From Squalus acanthias (taxonomy: Eukaryota), in contig CM059428.1 of NCBI GenBank assembly GCA_030390025.1, forward strand, positions 168,454,001 through 168,518,000: a stretch of 64,000 nt of DNA, written 5' to 3'. Within the stretch, counting starts at the first letter, position 1. Each line of letters opens with the position of its first letter. Both the position numbers and the translations under genes were made by a program. Below are positions 62,544 to 64,000 of this stretch, piece after piece. Below the pieces are notes generated by a model. That model searched no databases. It was not told the origin of the DNA and was given only the letters and a program-made list of their open reading frames with translations.

Positions 62544-64000
62544 TGTGGGAGCCGGTGGACCCCACTGAGGCTCACGGCGATTACATCTGTGACAGGTGTC
62601 TGCTGCTACAGGATCTCCAGCTCCGTGTTGATGAGCTGGAGTCTGAGCTTCAGACACTGCGACACATCAGGGAGGGGGAGAAGTACCTGGACTCTGTGTT
62701 TCAGGAGGTGGTCACACCTATGAAGTTAATTAATTCAGATGTAGCCCATGGTCAGCGACAGGACGGTGTGACTACGAGTGAGGCAGGTACGGGGATCCAG
62801 GAGGTAGTGTTGGAGGAGCCGCAGCCCTTGCTCTCGTCCAACAGGTTTGAGGTTCTTACTCCCTGTAGGGGACAGGAGCAGGGACTGCAGGGAGGATGAG
62901 CAACTTGGCCACAGCACCGTGGAACGGGGGGCCATTCAAGAGGGGGGAGTAAATAGAAATGTTGTAGTGGTAGGGGATAGTATTATTAGGGGGATAGATA
63001 AGAGTTCTCTGCAGCCGAGAGCGAGAGTCCCGTAGGCTGTGTTGCCTGCCCGGTGCCAGGGTTAAGGACATCTCCTCTGGGCTGGAAAGAAACTTGCAGT
63101 GGGAGGGGGTGGATCCAGTTGTCGTGGTCCATGTTGGTACAAACGACGTAGATAGGACAAGAAAGCCGGTTCTGTTAAAAGAGTATGAGCAGCTAGGGGT
63201 CAAATTAAAAAACAGAACCTCAAGGGTAATAATCTCTGGATTATTACCTGAGCCACGAGCGAATTTGGCAAGGACAAATAAAATTAGAGAGTTAAATGAG
63301 TGGCTCAAAGTCTGGTGTGGGAGAAATGGGTTTTGCTTCCTGGGACACTGGCATCAGTACTGGGGCAGGAGGGAGCTGTTCCGTTGGGACGGGCTTCACT
63401 TGGCCAGTGCTGGGACTAGAGTCCTGGCGGATCATATAACTAGGGCTGTAGAGAGGGCTTTAAACTAACTAGTTGGGGGGGGGGGGGGGGGGAGGATCCT
63501 AGAGAGCAAATAATAAAAATGACAACAGAGAAGGTCATAGACTTAGGTAGCAGTGGGGAAATTAAAAACCAGAGTGTGTCAGGAAGGGGCAGAAGGTATG
63601 GAGTAAAAGGTAAAGTAATAAAAAGGGCAAAAGCAGGAACTAAGTGTCACAAAACATATTTGAAAGTTCTCTATCTGAATGCACGTAGCATTCGTAACAA
63701 AATAGACGAGTTAATGGCACAAATAACTACATATGGGTATGATCTTGTGGCCATTACAGAAACATGGCTGCAGGGTGACAATGCCTGGGAATTAAACATA
63801 CCAGGTTATTTAACGATCAGGAAGGACAGGCAGGAAGGAAGGGGAGGTGGGGTGGCTATGTTAATAAAGGAAGGAATCACTGTAATACAGAGAAATGATA
63901 TTGGGTCAAAAGATCAGGATAATGAAACAGTTTGGGTGGAGATAAGGAATAATAAGGGGAAAAAAACACTAGTGGGCGTAGTCTATAGGCCTCTGAACAG
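62544..64000 (+). mobile_element. Nearly full-length CR1 LINE (ORF1 ZF/LZ + SGNH esterase; ORF2 from 63519), running off the window
   Basis: YICDRC..LQLRVDELESEL, VVVVGDSIIRG, VVVHVGTND, DGLHL. ORF2 start near-identical to 46551; two apparent frameshifts in ORF1. Confidence 0.9.

Noticed and set aside
62408-62899. 163-aa ORF as a novel fusion protein
   Set aside because: Chance read-through from the antisense intron/exon stub into CR1 ORF1, with a non-ATG start.

Overview
Eukaryotic (vertebrate, very probably cartilaginous-fish/shark) genomic DNA lying entirely inside one large gene on the minus strand. The gene is the tandem immunoglobulin (I-set) region of obscurin (OBSCN). I can place 27 one-domain-per-exon Ig modules with GT-AG boundaries (phase 1-1, mostly 267 or 273 nt). 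23 are intact, two carry 1-nt frameshifts (3769-4036, 51831-52096), one is a decayed pseudoexon missed by the ORF track (24565-24816), and one is cut by a CR1 LINE (62514-62543). The 3' part of the gene (low coordinates) follows an old three-domain super-repeat. The 5' part (51.8-62.5 kb) is a very recent tandem amplification of exon+intron units with a higher-order alpha/beta/gamma intron pattern. The introns are packed with CR1 and L2 LINEs, V-SINE (HE1-like) and DeuSINE-like SINEs, a decayed two-gene PIF/Harbinger transposon, several Harbinger-like MITE families (three of which sit at the same nucleotide of CR1 3' tails), a Tc1/mariner-type MITE and a Penelope-type minimal hammerhead ribozyme motif. 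All coordinates and family names come from reading by eye; no database search was run.
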